NCBI GenBank assembly: GCA_963524345.1
Contig: CAURHZ010000001.1
Location: 1-33,994 of the forward strand
Source of the DNA: an uncultured Streptococcus sp.
GTDB taxonomy: Bacteria; Bacillota; Bacilli; Lactobacillales; Streptococcaceae
Length of the DNA stretch: 33,994 nt
Direction of reading: 5' to 3'
A program made the translations under genes and the position numbers. Below the pieces are notes generated by a model, which made no database searches, was not told the origin of the DNA, and saw only the letters and a program-made list of their open reading frames with translations. This document shows, piece by piece, positions 1 through 13,941 of this stretch. How positions within the stretch are numbered: position 1 is the first letter of the stretch; each line of letters begins with the position of its first letter.

Positions 1-596
1 GTCCTAACACTGGTGGGATGGGTGCCTATGCGCCAGTTCCTCACTTGCCACAGAGTGTGGTTGACACAGCGGTTGAGACTATTGTCAAGCCAGTCCTTGA
101 AGGGATGATCAAAGAAGGACGTCCTTATCTGGGGATCCTTTATGCAGGGCTTATCCTAACAGCAGATGGTCCTAAAGTCATCGAGTTTAACGCACGCTTT
201 GGAGATCCTGAAACTCAGATTATCCTACCTCGTTTGACATCTGACTTTGCGCAAAATATCACGGATATCCTCGATCGCAAGGAGCCAAACATTACGTGGA
301 ACGACAAGGGTGTAACACTGGGTGTGGTCGTCGCATCCGAGGGTTATCCGCTAGATTACGCAAAGGGTGTAGAGTTGCCAGCCAAGACCGAAGGTGACAT
401 CATCACCTACTATGCAGGGGCTAAGTTTGCGGAAAATAGCAGAGCACTGCTCTCAAACGGAGGCCGTGTCTATATGCTCGTCACCACAGCAGACACCGTC
501 AAAGACGGCCAAAACATTATCTACAATGAACTCAACAAACAAAATACGGATGGCCTCTTTTATCGTACGGACATCGGTAGCAAGGCGAATAAATAA
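1..596 (+). CDS. purD: Phosphoribosylamine--glycine ligase, 3' part (gene begins upstream of window)
   Basis: GPNTGGMGAY, VIEFNARFGDPETQ and GGRV motifs of GAR synthetase; upstream of purE. Confidence 0.97.
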   Translation, partial: PNTGGMGAYAPVPHLPQSVVDTAVETIVKPVLEGMIKEGRPYLGILYAGLILTADGPKVIEFNARFGDPETQIILPRLTSDFAQNITDILDRKEPNITWNDKGVTLGVVVASEGYPLDYAKGVELPAKTEGDIITYYAGAKFAENSRALLSNGGRVYMLVTTADTVKDGQNIIYNELNKQNTDGLFYRTDIGSKANK

Positions 597-604
597 ATTT
601 TAAA

Positions 605-799
605 AGCGACGAAGTCGCTAAATCCGATAATGGTCGTTTGATTTGCGAGCGTTAGCGAGCTAGTATAGGATAATCGTCGCAGTAGTGGAACTCCTAGTAG
701 CTTTGCTACTAGGAGCGGAAAACTGGAGACTCAGGCTCCAGTTTTAGTAATGGAACGCCTTAGGCGGTCGCTTACGTCCGCACTACATTAGACGATTAT
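605..799. repeat. Structured intergenic palindromic element (multi-hairpin) between purD and purE
   Basis: Stems AGCGAC/GTCGCT (605-619), CTCCTAGTAGC/GCTACTAGGAG (691-715), AAAACTGGAG/CTCCAGTTTT (719-745), closed by GTAGTG/CACTAC and ATAATCGTC/GACGATTAT (670-799). Confidence 0.7.
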
Positions 800-815
800 T
801 AAAAAAGGAGAATAA

Positions 816-1304
816 ATGAAACCAGTAATTTCCATTATCATGGGCTCAAAATCTGACTGGGCAACCATGCAAAAAACAGCAGAAGTCCTAGACCGCTTCG
901 GTGTAGCCTACGAAAATAAAGTTGTTTCCGCTCACCGTACGCCAGACCTCATGTTCAGACATGCCGAAGAAGCACGTAGTCGTGGTATCAAGGTCATCAT
1001 CGCAGGTGCAGGTGGCGCAGCTCATTTGCCAGGTATGGTCGCAGCTAAAACAACCCTTCCAGTCATTGGTGTGCCCGTAAAATCGCGTGCCCTTAGTGGT
1101 GTGGACTCGCTCTACTCTATCGTCCAGATGCCAGGTGGAGTGCCTGTCGCAACTATGGCTATCGGTGAAGCAGGTGCGACCAACGCTGCCCTCTTTGCCC
1201 TTCGTATCCTATCAGTAGAGGATCAGTCTATCGCGACAGCATTGGCAGATTTCGCAAAGGAGCAAGGAAAAATCGCAGAGGAGTCTACCAATGAGCTCAT
1301 CTAA
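816..1304 (+). CDS. purE: N5-CAIR mutase (AIR carboxylase catalytic subunit)
   Basis: [28 protein letters not shown] motifs; AAGGAG RBS at 805-810. Confidence 0.98.
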   Translation: MKPVISIIMGSKSDWATMQKTAEVLDRFGVAYENKVVSAHRTPDLMFRHAEEARSRGIKVIIAGAGGAAHLPGMVAAKTTLPVIGVPVKSRALSGVDSLYSIVQMPGGVPVATMAIGEAGATNAALFALRILSVEDQSIATALADFAKEQGKIAEESTNELI

Positions 1305-2382
1305 AACAATCGGAATTATCGGTGGCGGCCAGCTGGGTCAAATGATGGCCATTTCTGCTATCTACATGGGCCACAAGGTTATCGCGCTGGATCCTGCTGC
1401 AGATTGCCCGGCCTCTCGCGTGGCGGAAATCATCGTGGCACCTTATAATGATGTGGAGGCCCTCCGTCAATTGTCGGAGCGTTGTGATGTCCTCACCTAT
1501 GAGTTTGAAAATGTTGATGCTGACGGTTTGGATGCTGCTATCAAGGAGGGACAACTACCTCAAGGGACAGATCTCCTTCGCATTTCTCAAAATCGTATTT
1601 TTGAAAAGGACTTCCTCTCAAACAAGGCTCAAGTCACTGTAGCACCTTACAAGGTTGTGACTTCTAGCCAAGACTTAGCAGATATCGATTTATCGAAAAA
1701 CTATGTCCTCAAGACTGCGACAGGTGGTTACGACGGCCATGGTCAAAAGGTTATTCGCTCAGAAGCAGACTTGGAAGAAGCCTACGCTCTAACTGACTCA
1801 GCGGACTGTGTTTTGGAAGAATTTGTCAACTTTGACCTTGAAATCTCTGTCATCGTGTCAGGAAACGGCAAGAATGTGACGGTTTTCCCAGTTCAGGAAA
1901 ATATCCACCGCAATAACATCCTATCTAAGACCATTGTGCCAGCCCGCATTTCAGAAAGTTTAGCAGAAAAGGCTAAATCTATGGCTGTGCGAATCGCTGA
2001 ACAGCTTAACTTGTCTGGAACTCTCTGCGTGGAAATGTTTGCGACAGCTGATGATATTATCGTCAATGAGATTGCCCCGCGTCCACACAATTCAGGACAC
2101 TACTCAATCGAAGCCTGTGACTTCTCCCAGTTTGATACCCATATTCTAGGAGTTCTGGGAACACCATTGCCAGCCATTAAACTGCATGCGCCTGCTGTTA
2201 TGCTCAATGTCCTCGGCCAACACGTCGAGGCTGCTGACAAATATGTCACAGAAAATCCAAGCGCCCACCTCCACATGTATGGTAAAATAGAAGCAAAGCA
2301 CAACCGCAAGATGGGACATGTGACTTTGTTTAGCGATGTGCCAGATGAGGTTGAGGAGTTTGGGAAAGGGATTGAATTTTAG
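1291..2382 (+). CDS. purK: N5-CAIR synthetase (ATP-grasp)
   Basis: [38 protein letters not shown] motifs; overlaps purE. Confidence 0.98.
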   Translation: MSSSKTIGIIGGGQLGQMMAISAIYMGHKVIALDPAADCPASRVAEIIVAPYNDVEALRQLSERCDVLTYEFENVDADGLDAAIKEGQLPQGTDLLRISQNRIFEKDFLSNKAQVTVAPYKVVTSSQDLADIDLSKNYVLKTATGGYDGHGQKVIRSEADLEEAYALTDSADCVLEEFVNFDLEISVIVSGNGKNVTVFPVQENIHRNNILSKTIVPARISESLAEKAKSMAVRIAEQLNLSGTLCVEMFATADDIIVNEIAPRPHNSGHYSIEACDFSQFDTHILGVLGTPLPAIKLHAPAVMLNVLGQHVEAADKYVTENPSAHLHMYGKIEAKHNRKMGHVTLFSDVPDEVEEFGKGIEF

Positions 2383-2388
2383 GAAAAT

Positions 2389-3138
2389 ATGAAAAAATAT
2401 TTAAAAAACAACATAAAACAGCTGATATTTTTATTGTTACTAGTGATGGCATCTGGTCCCTTTTTCTCAGCTGTTATAGGAATTTTTTCCAATTATTTGA
2501 ATTCTGGATTGGGTGATTGGTTGAGCTTTTATGGAAGTGTCGCTGGAATTGTAATCTCATTGATTGTTGTCCATTTACAATTATCACTCGAAGAAGAAAA
2601 GGAATTACGTAAGTATCGACCAGAGTTGGTTTTAAGCAATGATTATCAGCTTATCAAGCCAAACTGTAGAGTATATTTTGATGATAAATATTGGTTTCAT
2701 CTACGAAAATCAGAAAATAACAAACAATATGTAGCAGCTAATAGTTTTGAAGAATCTTATTCTAATGAGGATAAAAGAGATAAAATTTTATCTCTTGAAA
2801 TTGTTAACAATCAACCGATATTTAATGTTCGAATCTTATTTGGAGAAAGTTTAGACGGTGAGCTGATACCAAAGTTAAATGCGGAGCAAAGATTATATGT
2901 AATTTCGAAAGCACATCAAAAAGAGATACATCAACATATCTTAGGTAACAAGCCTAATTTTAATCACGTCCCAGAGACGATTACTTTATTCTTTACAACG
3001 CTTTCTGGAGAAGTGTGTAAGTATATTTATAATGTTGATGGCAAAGGATATTGTAGCATTAATCGGAAGTATTTTGGGGTAGACTATCCTGAAGCTACTA
3101 AAAATATTCATATTTGTGACTATATTGTTAGTAAATAG
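2389..3138 (+). CDS. Hypothetical membrane protein (two N-terminal TM helices plus soluble domain), AT-rich accessory gene
   Basis: 249-aa ORF starting 6 nt after the purK stop; hydrophobic segments at about aa 12-33 and 44-65; visibly AT-rich versus pur genes. Confidence 0.8.
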   Translation: MKKYLKNNIKQLIFLLLLVMASGPFFSAVIGIFSNYLNSGLGDWLSFYGSVAGIVISLIVVHLQLSLEEEKELRKYRPELVLSNDYQLIKPNCRVYFDDKYWFHLRKSENNKQYVAANSFEESYSNEDKRDKILSLEIVNNQPIFNVRILFGESLDGELIPKLNAEQRLYVISKAHQKEIHQHILGNKPNFNHVPETITLFFTTLSGEVCKYIYNVDGKGYCSINRKYFGVDYPEATKNIHICDYIVSK

Positions 3139-3210
3139 GAGGTATTAAGTAAATTTAGTTTTTTATAGATTAATTCATTTTTTATATTTTCGCCGAAAAG
3201 GATAGAATCG

Positions 3211-3298
3211 TAGCAATTTATGATTTACCGCTGGATACTGATTTGAATACACTGGATCACTATCCATCTGTATGGATTGGGAAATAGGAGTTTGAATA
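3211..3298 (+). pseudogene. Remnant copy of the 3' third of the 75-aa gene at 4900-5127
   Basis: Translates AIYDLPLDTDLNTLDHYPSVWIGK*EFE versus AIYDLPLDTDLNSLEHYPSVWIGKEEFE; 69/84 nt identical by hand count. Confidence 0.9.
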
Positions 3299-3332
3299 TC
3301 TTAATAGGTAATATTTAGGAGTATATTTTATA

Positions 3333-4148
3333 ATGACAATTGATTTAAGAGGAGAGGTTAGATTAGCGGATGAGGCCTTGGCTTTAGATTGGTATAAAGA
3401 TAATGGCTACACTAATATAGGAGAAGCTATATGCGCTATAAAATATGGATACATAAAAAATAATTCCCTTACCTATAGTCATGTTCAACACGAAATCAAT
3501 TATTTGGTGGAACAGTTAAGAATTTATGTTGAAAATTGTGATATTATTCTTCCTGTACCTAGTTTTAATCCATTTCATAAAGATAATCCAGATGGGAACT
3601 TAAAGATTATGTACATGATAGCTGAGCGTCTAAGTGAGGTTAGTGGGAAAAAAGTTGATTTTTCTGTACTCGGAAAGCGAACATCAAAACAAGCTAAAGA
3701 TTCTCAAATCAGTGCTGATGATTATGTATCGAAAAATTTACCTAGTAATATAAAAAGTGTATTATTAATTGATGATTTATTTGGTGAAGGTAATACGGCA
3801 AATTACACTGTTTCGGCGTTAAGACGGGAAAATCCAAATATTTTTATTAGATTTATTAGTCTTACAAAAAATAAATATGGAGGCATTCCTAAAAAATATG
3901 AATGTAGAATTTCAAAATATAGTAAATTGTCTGTTAACAATGGAAGTGAGTTCATAGATTTATATTTTTATAGAGATGACAAACCTGAACACGTCAAGAT
4001 TTGGCAAGAGCACTATTTGTTCGGAGAGGTTAAGCAAGCATTTGAACAAAATGATTTTAAAAGAGTTTTTTATTTATCTGTGTATCGAAATTCTAATGGA
4101 TATTGGACTGTGAGTAAGAATGTTGATGAAGAGAGTGATGAAGAATAA
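3333..4148 (+). CDS. ComF-like type I phosphoribosyltransferase-domain protein with extra C-terminal domain
   Basis: DIILPVPS and PRPP-loop-like VLLIDDLFGEGNT motifs; AGGAG RBS at 3317-3321. Confidence 0.8.
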   Translation: MTIDLRGEVRLADEALALDWYKDNGYTNIGEAICAIKYGYIKNNSLTYSHVQHEINYLVEQLRIYVENCDIILPVPSFNPFHKDNPDGNLKIMYMIAERLSEVSGKKVDFSVLGKRTSKQAKDSQISADDYVSKNLPSNIKSVLLIDDLFGEGNTANYTVSALRRENPNIFIRFISLTKNKYGGIPKKYECRISKYSKLSVNNGSEFIDLYFYRDDKPEHVKIWQEHYLFGEVKQAFEQNDFKRVFYLSVYRNSNGYWTVSKNVDEESDEE

Positions 4149-4163
4149 CTTGAGGTGTTTCAT

Positions 4164-4805
4164 ATGAGAAAAATATTCATAAGTGGGAGTATTTCAAGCA
4201 AAGAAATTCCCCAAGAAGTTATTAAGTCAGTTGATGATAGTCGTAAAAGAAATTATACAATCTTGATAGGTGATGCTAAAGGGATTGATAAAAATATACA
4301 GGATATGCTTAAGGCAGATAATTATAAAAATGTAGAGGTTTATCATGTAGGTCCTAGTCCTAGAAACCTTTCAGATCTAGAATGGATTGATAGGCGTATT
4401 CCTGTAGACACTGAAAATGAAAAATTTTTTAAAAACGGGAAATATACTAGAGAAGCTCAAATGATAAAGGATAAAGCTATGTCTAATGATGCTGATTTTG
4501 GTTTAGTAATTTGGAAAGACACCAGTAAAAATCGGTTTGGGAATATTTCGGTAAGTAAAGGTTCATTAAATAATATTTATAATTTACTTGTCCAAAATAA
4601 ATATGTTGGACTCTTCTATATTCCTAAGCCAGAAAAAGGAATAATGAAGTTTAAGAATATAGCAGAATTTGAAGAACAGGTTATTGAAAAGCTTGTTCAG
4701 AAAGAAACAAAGGATTATTACTATAAAATGAAAAAAAATGCTAATAAATCAAATAATAAATATTCTGAACATGGTAATAATGAGCAGCTTTCCTTATTCG
4801 GCTAA
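4164..4805 (+). CDS. SLOG-superfamily (DprA/YspA-like Rossmannoid) protein
   Basis: KIFISGS...ILIGDAKGID...KDKAMSNDADFGLVIW...SKGSLNNI pattern typical of SLOG folds; GAGGTG RBS at 4152-4157 favours the ATG at 4164. Confidence 0.7.
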   Translation: MRKIFISGSISSKEIPQEVIKSVDDSRKRNYTILIGDAKGIDKNIQDMLKADNYKNVEVYHVGPSPRNLSDLEWIDRRIPVDTENEKFFKNGKYTREAQMIKDKAMSNDADFGLVIWKDTSKNRFGNISVSKGSLNNIYNLLVQNKYVGLFYIPKPEKGIMKFKNIAEFEEQVIEKLVQKETKDYYYKMKKNANKSNNKYSEHGNNEQLSLFG

Positions 4806-4899
4806 AGTTACTTTTTAGAAAAAATAAATTAGAAGAAAAGAAAGGAGCAAGGGGCCTAGTATTCACCAAGACTGAATACTATGGACTTGATTAATTCCT

Positions 4900-5127
4900 A
4901 TGATTCAAATCATCGTCAACGCATTTGTTGAAAAAGATAAGACTGGAGCAGCCGTCGAAGTCGTGTATGCTAGTAGCAATCACGAAAAAGTGAAAGCTAA
5001 GTATGAAGAGCTGCTTGCTCAATACCCTGAAAATTATTTAGCAATTTATGACTTGCCACTGGATACAGACCTGAATTCATTGGAACATTACCCGTCTGTA
5101 TGGATTGGGAAAGAAGAATTTGAATAA
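4900..5127 (+). CDS. Conserved 75-aa hypothetical protein of the streptococcal purK-purB interval
   Basis: 75-aa ORF directly upstream of purB; resembles the small gene at this position in pneumococci (from memory); coding conservation shown by the synonymous-biased remnant copy. Confidence 0.8.
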   Translation: MIQIIVNAFVEKDKTGAAVEVVYASSNHEKVKAKYEELLAQYPENYLAIYDLPLDTDLNSLEHYPSVWIGKEEFE

Positions 5128-5197
5128 TTTGGCTAATCAATGTTCTATGCTTTGTTTGCACATTGTGAAGTAGAAAAAGAAAGGAAAAATTAACAAC

Positions 5198-6496
5198 ATG
5201 ATCAACCGTTACTCTCGCCCTGAGATGGCGAATATTTGGAGTGAAGAAAATAAATACCGTGCTTGGCTTGAGGTGGAAATCTTGGCTGACGAGGCATGGG
5301 CTGAGTTGGGGGAAATTCCTAAGGAAGATGTGGCTTTGATTCGCGAGAAGGCGGACTTTGACATCGACCGTATTTTGGAGATTGAGCAGGAGACGCGTCA
5401 CGATGTGGTTGCCTTCACACGTGCAGTTTCTGAGACGCTTGGTGAAGAGCGCAAGTGGGTCCACTATGGCTTGACTTCTACCGACGTGGTGGATACTGCC
5501 TACGGCTACCTTTACAAGCAGGCTAACGACATCATTCGTCGTGACCTTGAAAACTTCACTAACATCATCGCTGAAAAGGCTAAGGAGCACAAGTTCACCA
5601 TCATGATGGGTCGTACCCACGGGGTGCACGCTGAACCTACAACTTTTGGTCTTAAATTGGCGACTTGGTACAGCGAAATGAAGCGCAATATCGAGCGTTT
5701 CGAGCATGCGGCTGCTGGTGTGGAAGCTGGTAAGATTTCTGGTGCGGTTGGAAACTTTGCCAATATCCCGCCATTCGTTGAGCAATACGTCTGCGACAAA
5801 TTGGGTATCCGTGCTCAAGAAATCTCTACACAGGTCCTTCCTCGTGACCTTCACGCTGAGTACTTTGCGGTTCTTGCTAGCATCGCGACTTCAATCGAGC
5901 GTATGGCGACGGAGATCCGTGGTCTTCAAAAATCAGAACAACGCGAAGTGGAAGAGTTCTTTGCCAAAGGTCAAAAAGGTTCATCAGCAATGCCTCACAA
6001 ACGCAACCCTATCGGTTCTGAGAACATGACGGGTCTTGCGCGTGTTATTCGTGGTCACATGATTACGGCCTATGAGAATGTTGCTCTCTGGCACGAACGT
6101 GATATCTCTCACTCATCAGCTGAGCGCATCATCACACCAGATACGACCATTTTGATCGACTACATGCTTAACCGTTTCGGAAATATCGTCAAGAACTTGA
6201 CAGTCTTCCCAGAAAATATGATTCGCAACATGAACTCTACGTTTGGTCTCATCTTTAGCCAGCGTGCCATGTTGACCTTGATTGAGAAAGGCATGACCCG
6301 TGAGCAAGCCTATGATCTGGTACAACCAAAAACAGCCTACTCTTGGGACAATCAAGTAGACTTTAAACCACTTTTAGAAGCAGATCCAGAGGTGACATCA
6401 CGCCTCACACAAGAAGAAATCGACGAAATTTTCAATCCTCTTTACTACACTAAACGAGTGGATGATATCTTTGAACGTCTTGGACTTGGTGACTAA
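5198..6496 (+). CDS. purB: Adenylosuccinate lyase
   Basis: [11 protein letters not shown] signature, [11 protein letters not shown]. Confidence 0.98.
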   Translation: MINRYSRPEMANIWSEENKYRAWLEVEILADEAWAELGEIPKEDVALIREKADFDIDRILEIEQETRHDVVAFTRAVSETLGEERKWVHYGLTSTDVVDTAYGYLYKQANDIIRRDLENFTNIIAEKAKEHKFTIMMGRTHGVHAEPTTFGLKLATWYSEMKRNIERFEHAAAGVEAGKISGAVGNFANIPPFVEQYVCDKLGIRAQEISTQVLPRDLHAEYFAVLASIATSIERMATEIRGLQKSEQREVEEFFAKGQKGSSAMPHKRNPIGSENMTGLARVIRGHMITAYENVALWHERDISHSSAERIITPDTTILIDYMLNRFGNIVKNLTVFPENMIRNMNSTFGLIFSQRAMLTLIEKGMTREQAYDLVQPKTAYSWDNQVDFKPLLEADPEVTSRLTQEEIDEIFNPLYYTKRVDDIFERLGLGD

Positions 6497-6500
6497 TTAT

Positions 6501-6539
6501 AAAATAAACAGCGAGCTTCAATCTCGCTGTTTATTTTTT
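6501..6539. terminator. Bidirectional intrinsic terminator between purB and strH
   Basis: AAAATAAACAGCGAG-cttcaat-CTCGCTGTTTATTTT hairpin with A/T tails. Confidence 0.85.
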
Positions 6540-6550
6540 ATCGAAAAGAC

Positions 6551-10342
<3,792 letters not shown>

Positions 10343-10348
10343 CTATTT

Positions 10349-10404
10349 TGATAACGTTTACATAAAACCAATTTAATTTTATTATCTATATAGTAAAAAG
10401 TCAA
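10349..10404 (-). promoter_or_regulatory. strH promoter with cre site
   Basis: Minus strand TTGACT (10404-10399), 17 nt, TAAAAT (10381-10376); TGTAAACGTTATCA (10362-10349) fits the CcpA cre consensus. Confidence 0.7.
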
Positions 10405-10589
10405 GTAAATTTATATAATAACTATAATAAACGGAGGAAATCATAAGATTTTGGAAATAACAACTTATATAAGGAGGTAAAATCAAGGAAAAATCAGTGA
10501 TTTTTAACTTATTTTTAGTACAAGTGCTACAAATAAATATATTTAATAATAGCGTTTTCATATTCGCCTTTTCGTGCTATAATATATAG

Positions 10590-10618
10590 AAAAAGCCTGA
10601 GCAAGGCTCAAGCTTTTT
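10590..10618. terminator. Intrinsic terminator downstream of the GntR regulator gene
   Basis: AAAAAGC-C-TGAGC-aag-GCTCA-A-GCTTTTT hairpin. Confidence 0.7.
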
Positions 10619-10619
10619 C

Positions 10620-11336
10620 TTAGTGACCACGGTTACATGAAATGAATTTGATTTTGTAGTAATCTGCTCTCTTATACGTTTCGCTGTATGCGAGAACTTG
10701 ACCAGTAGACTCTAGTTTAGTAGTCTTGGTTTGTAAAACGGTTGGGAATTGTTCATCGACTCCGAGGACCGAAGCCGCATGTTCTGGAGTTGGAAATGCT
10801 ATTTCATTGATTTCTTCAAAATGTTCATCATTCATGTGAATGTGGTAATCCAATTTGAAACGGTTATAGATAGAGCTATAATATTCAAGATTTGGATAAT
10901 TTGCGTTGACGTATTGTTCTGGGATGTAAGATGTATGGTAGATGTACACAACACCACCTGTTTCGCGTACGCGTTCAATCTTGTAGTAGAACTGATCTCC
11001 GCGTAGTCCAAGTTTTTCTAAGTAGCCTAGTTTGTTTCCACGCTCAATAGAAAGGACGGTAACTTTATCATCTTTAGTTTCAAAAACTTCTACATCTGAA
11101 AACTCTACGAGTTTGTGTTTACGTGCGCGTGAAACGAATGTACCCTTTCCTTGTTGGCGGACAATATAGCCATCCTTGGCAAGGTCGTTTAAGGCGCGGA
11201 CAACTGTGATAGAACTCACATCATACATTGCAATCAATTCAGCTTCAGTGTAGAATTTATCTCCACTGGCAAATTGACCAGAAATGATTTTGTTCTTTAA
11301 CTCATCTTTAATATATTGATACTTTGGAATTGCCAT
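10620..11336 (-). CDS. agaR: GntR/HutC-family transcriptional regulator (UTRA domain) of the bgaC-PTS-agaS operon
   Basis: N-terminal winged HTH (YTEAEL...VSSITVVRAL...QGKGTFV); divergent from bgaC. Confidence 0.85.
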   Translation of the reverse strand: MAIPKYQYIKDELKNKIISGQFASGDKFYTEAELIAMYDVSSITVVRALNDLAKDGYIVRQQGKGTFVSRARKHKLVEFSDVEVFETKDDKVTVLSIERGNKLGYLEKLGLRGDQFYYKIERVRETGGVVYIYHTSYIPEQYVNANYPNLEYYSSIYNRFKLDYHIHMNDEHFEEINEIAFPTPEHAASVLGVDEQFPTVLQTKTTKLESTGQVLAYSETYKRADYYKIKFISCNRGH

Positions 11337-11574
11337 ATTTTCACCTCGATTTTCCTTCTCAGTTAAAGATTTTACCATAAAACTGGAAAGAATAGTAGCC
11401 TTTTGAATAAAAAAATTAGAATAATAGGCTATAAGGTTAATTTACATAGGAATAAATAGAAAAACCTACATTTTTATACATGGTGCTAAAATGTTGTTAT
11501 GACTATAGATTACAAGATTTTTATAAGTTTTTTTGTAAAAATTAGTAAAAAATGAAAAAAATCGTGAAAACCTA

Positions 11575-11632
11575 TTGACAAATGTAAGATATTGAGTTAT
11601 ATTTACTATATCAACAAATGAAAGCGTAAACT
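11575..11632 (+). promoter_or_regulatory. bgaC operon promoter with cre-like site
   Basis: TTGACA (11575-80), 17 nt, TATATT (11598-603); TGAAAGCGTAAACT at 11619-11632. Confidence 0.75.
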
Positions 11633-11654
11633 TTAGTTGTCAGAAGGTAAGAAT

Positions 11655-13438
<1,784 letters not shown>

Positions 13439-13442
<4 letters not shown>

Positions 13443-13915
13443 CAATTGTAGGATGCCGTATCGATGGACGTTTGATCCACGGACAAGTAGCCAATCTTTG
13501 GGCTGGAAAACTAAATGTTTCACGTATTATGGTTGTAGATGACGAAGTTGTCAACAACGACGTTGAAAAGAGTGGTTTGAAACTAGCGACACCACCAGGT
13601 GTGAAATTGAGTATTTTGCCAATTGAGAAAGCGGCAGCCAATATTCTTGCTGGTAAATACGATAGCCAACGTCTCTTTATCGTGGCTCGTAAACCAGACC
13701 GCTTCCTTGGTTTGGTAGAAGCAGGTGTACCACTTGAAACCCTTAATGTTGGGAATATGTCTCAAACACCAGAAACTCGCGCTATCACACGTTCTATCAA
13801 CGTAGTGGACAAGGATGTGGAAGACTTCCACAAACTGGCAGAAAAAGGTGTTAAACTTACTGCTCAAATGGTTCCAAATGATCCAGTTTCAGACTTTTTG
13901 AGCTTATTAAAATAG
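13439..13915 (+). CDS. gadV: PTS mannose/sorbose-family IIB component (galactosamine/GalNAc type)
   Basis: RIDGRLIHGQV phosphorylation motif. Confidence 0.9.
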
Positions 13916-13941
13916 GAAAAAATTTTTAGGAGGTCATTGTT

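Noticed and set aside
3333..4805. Interpretation as competence genes comFC and dprA
   Set aside because: No N-terminal Cys zinc-finger of ComFC, too short and divergent for DprA, no ComX box (TACGAATA) seen upstream, and the context is an AT-rich accessory insert.
4997..5854. 285-aa minus-strand ORF
   Set aside because: Antisense shadow of purB; no motifs or RBS.
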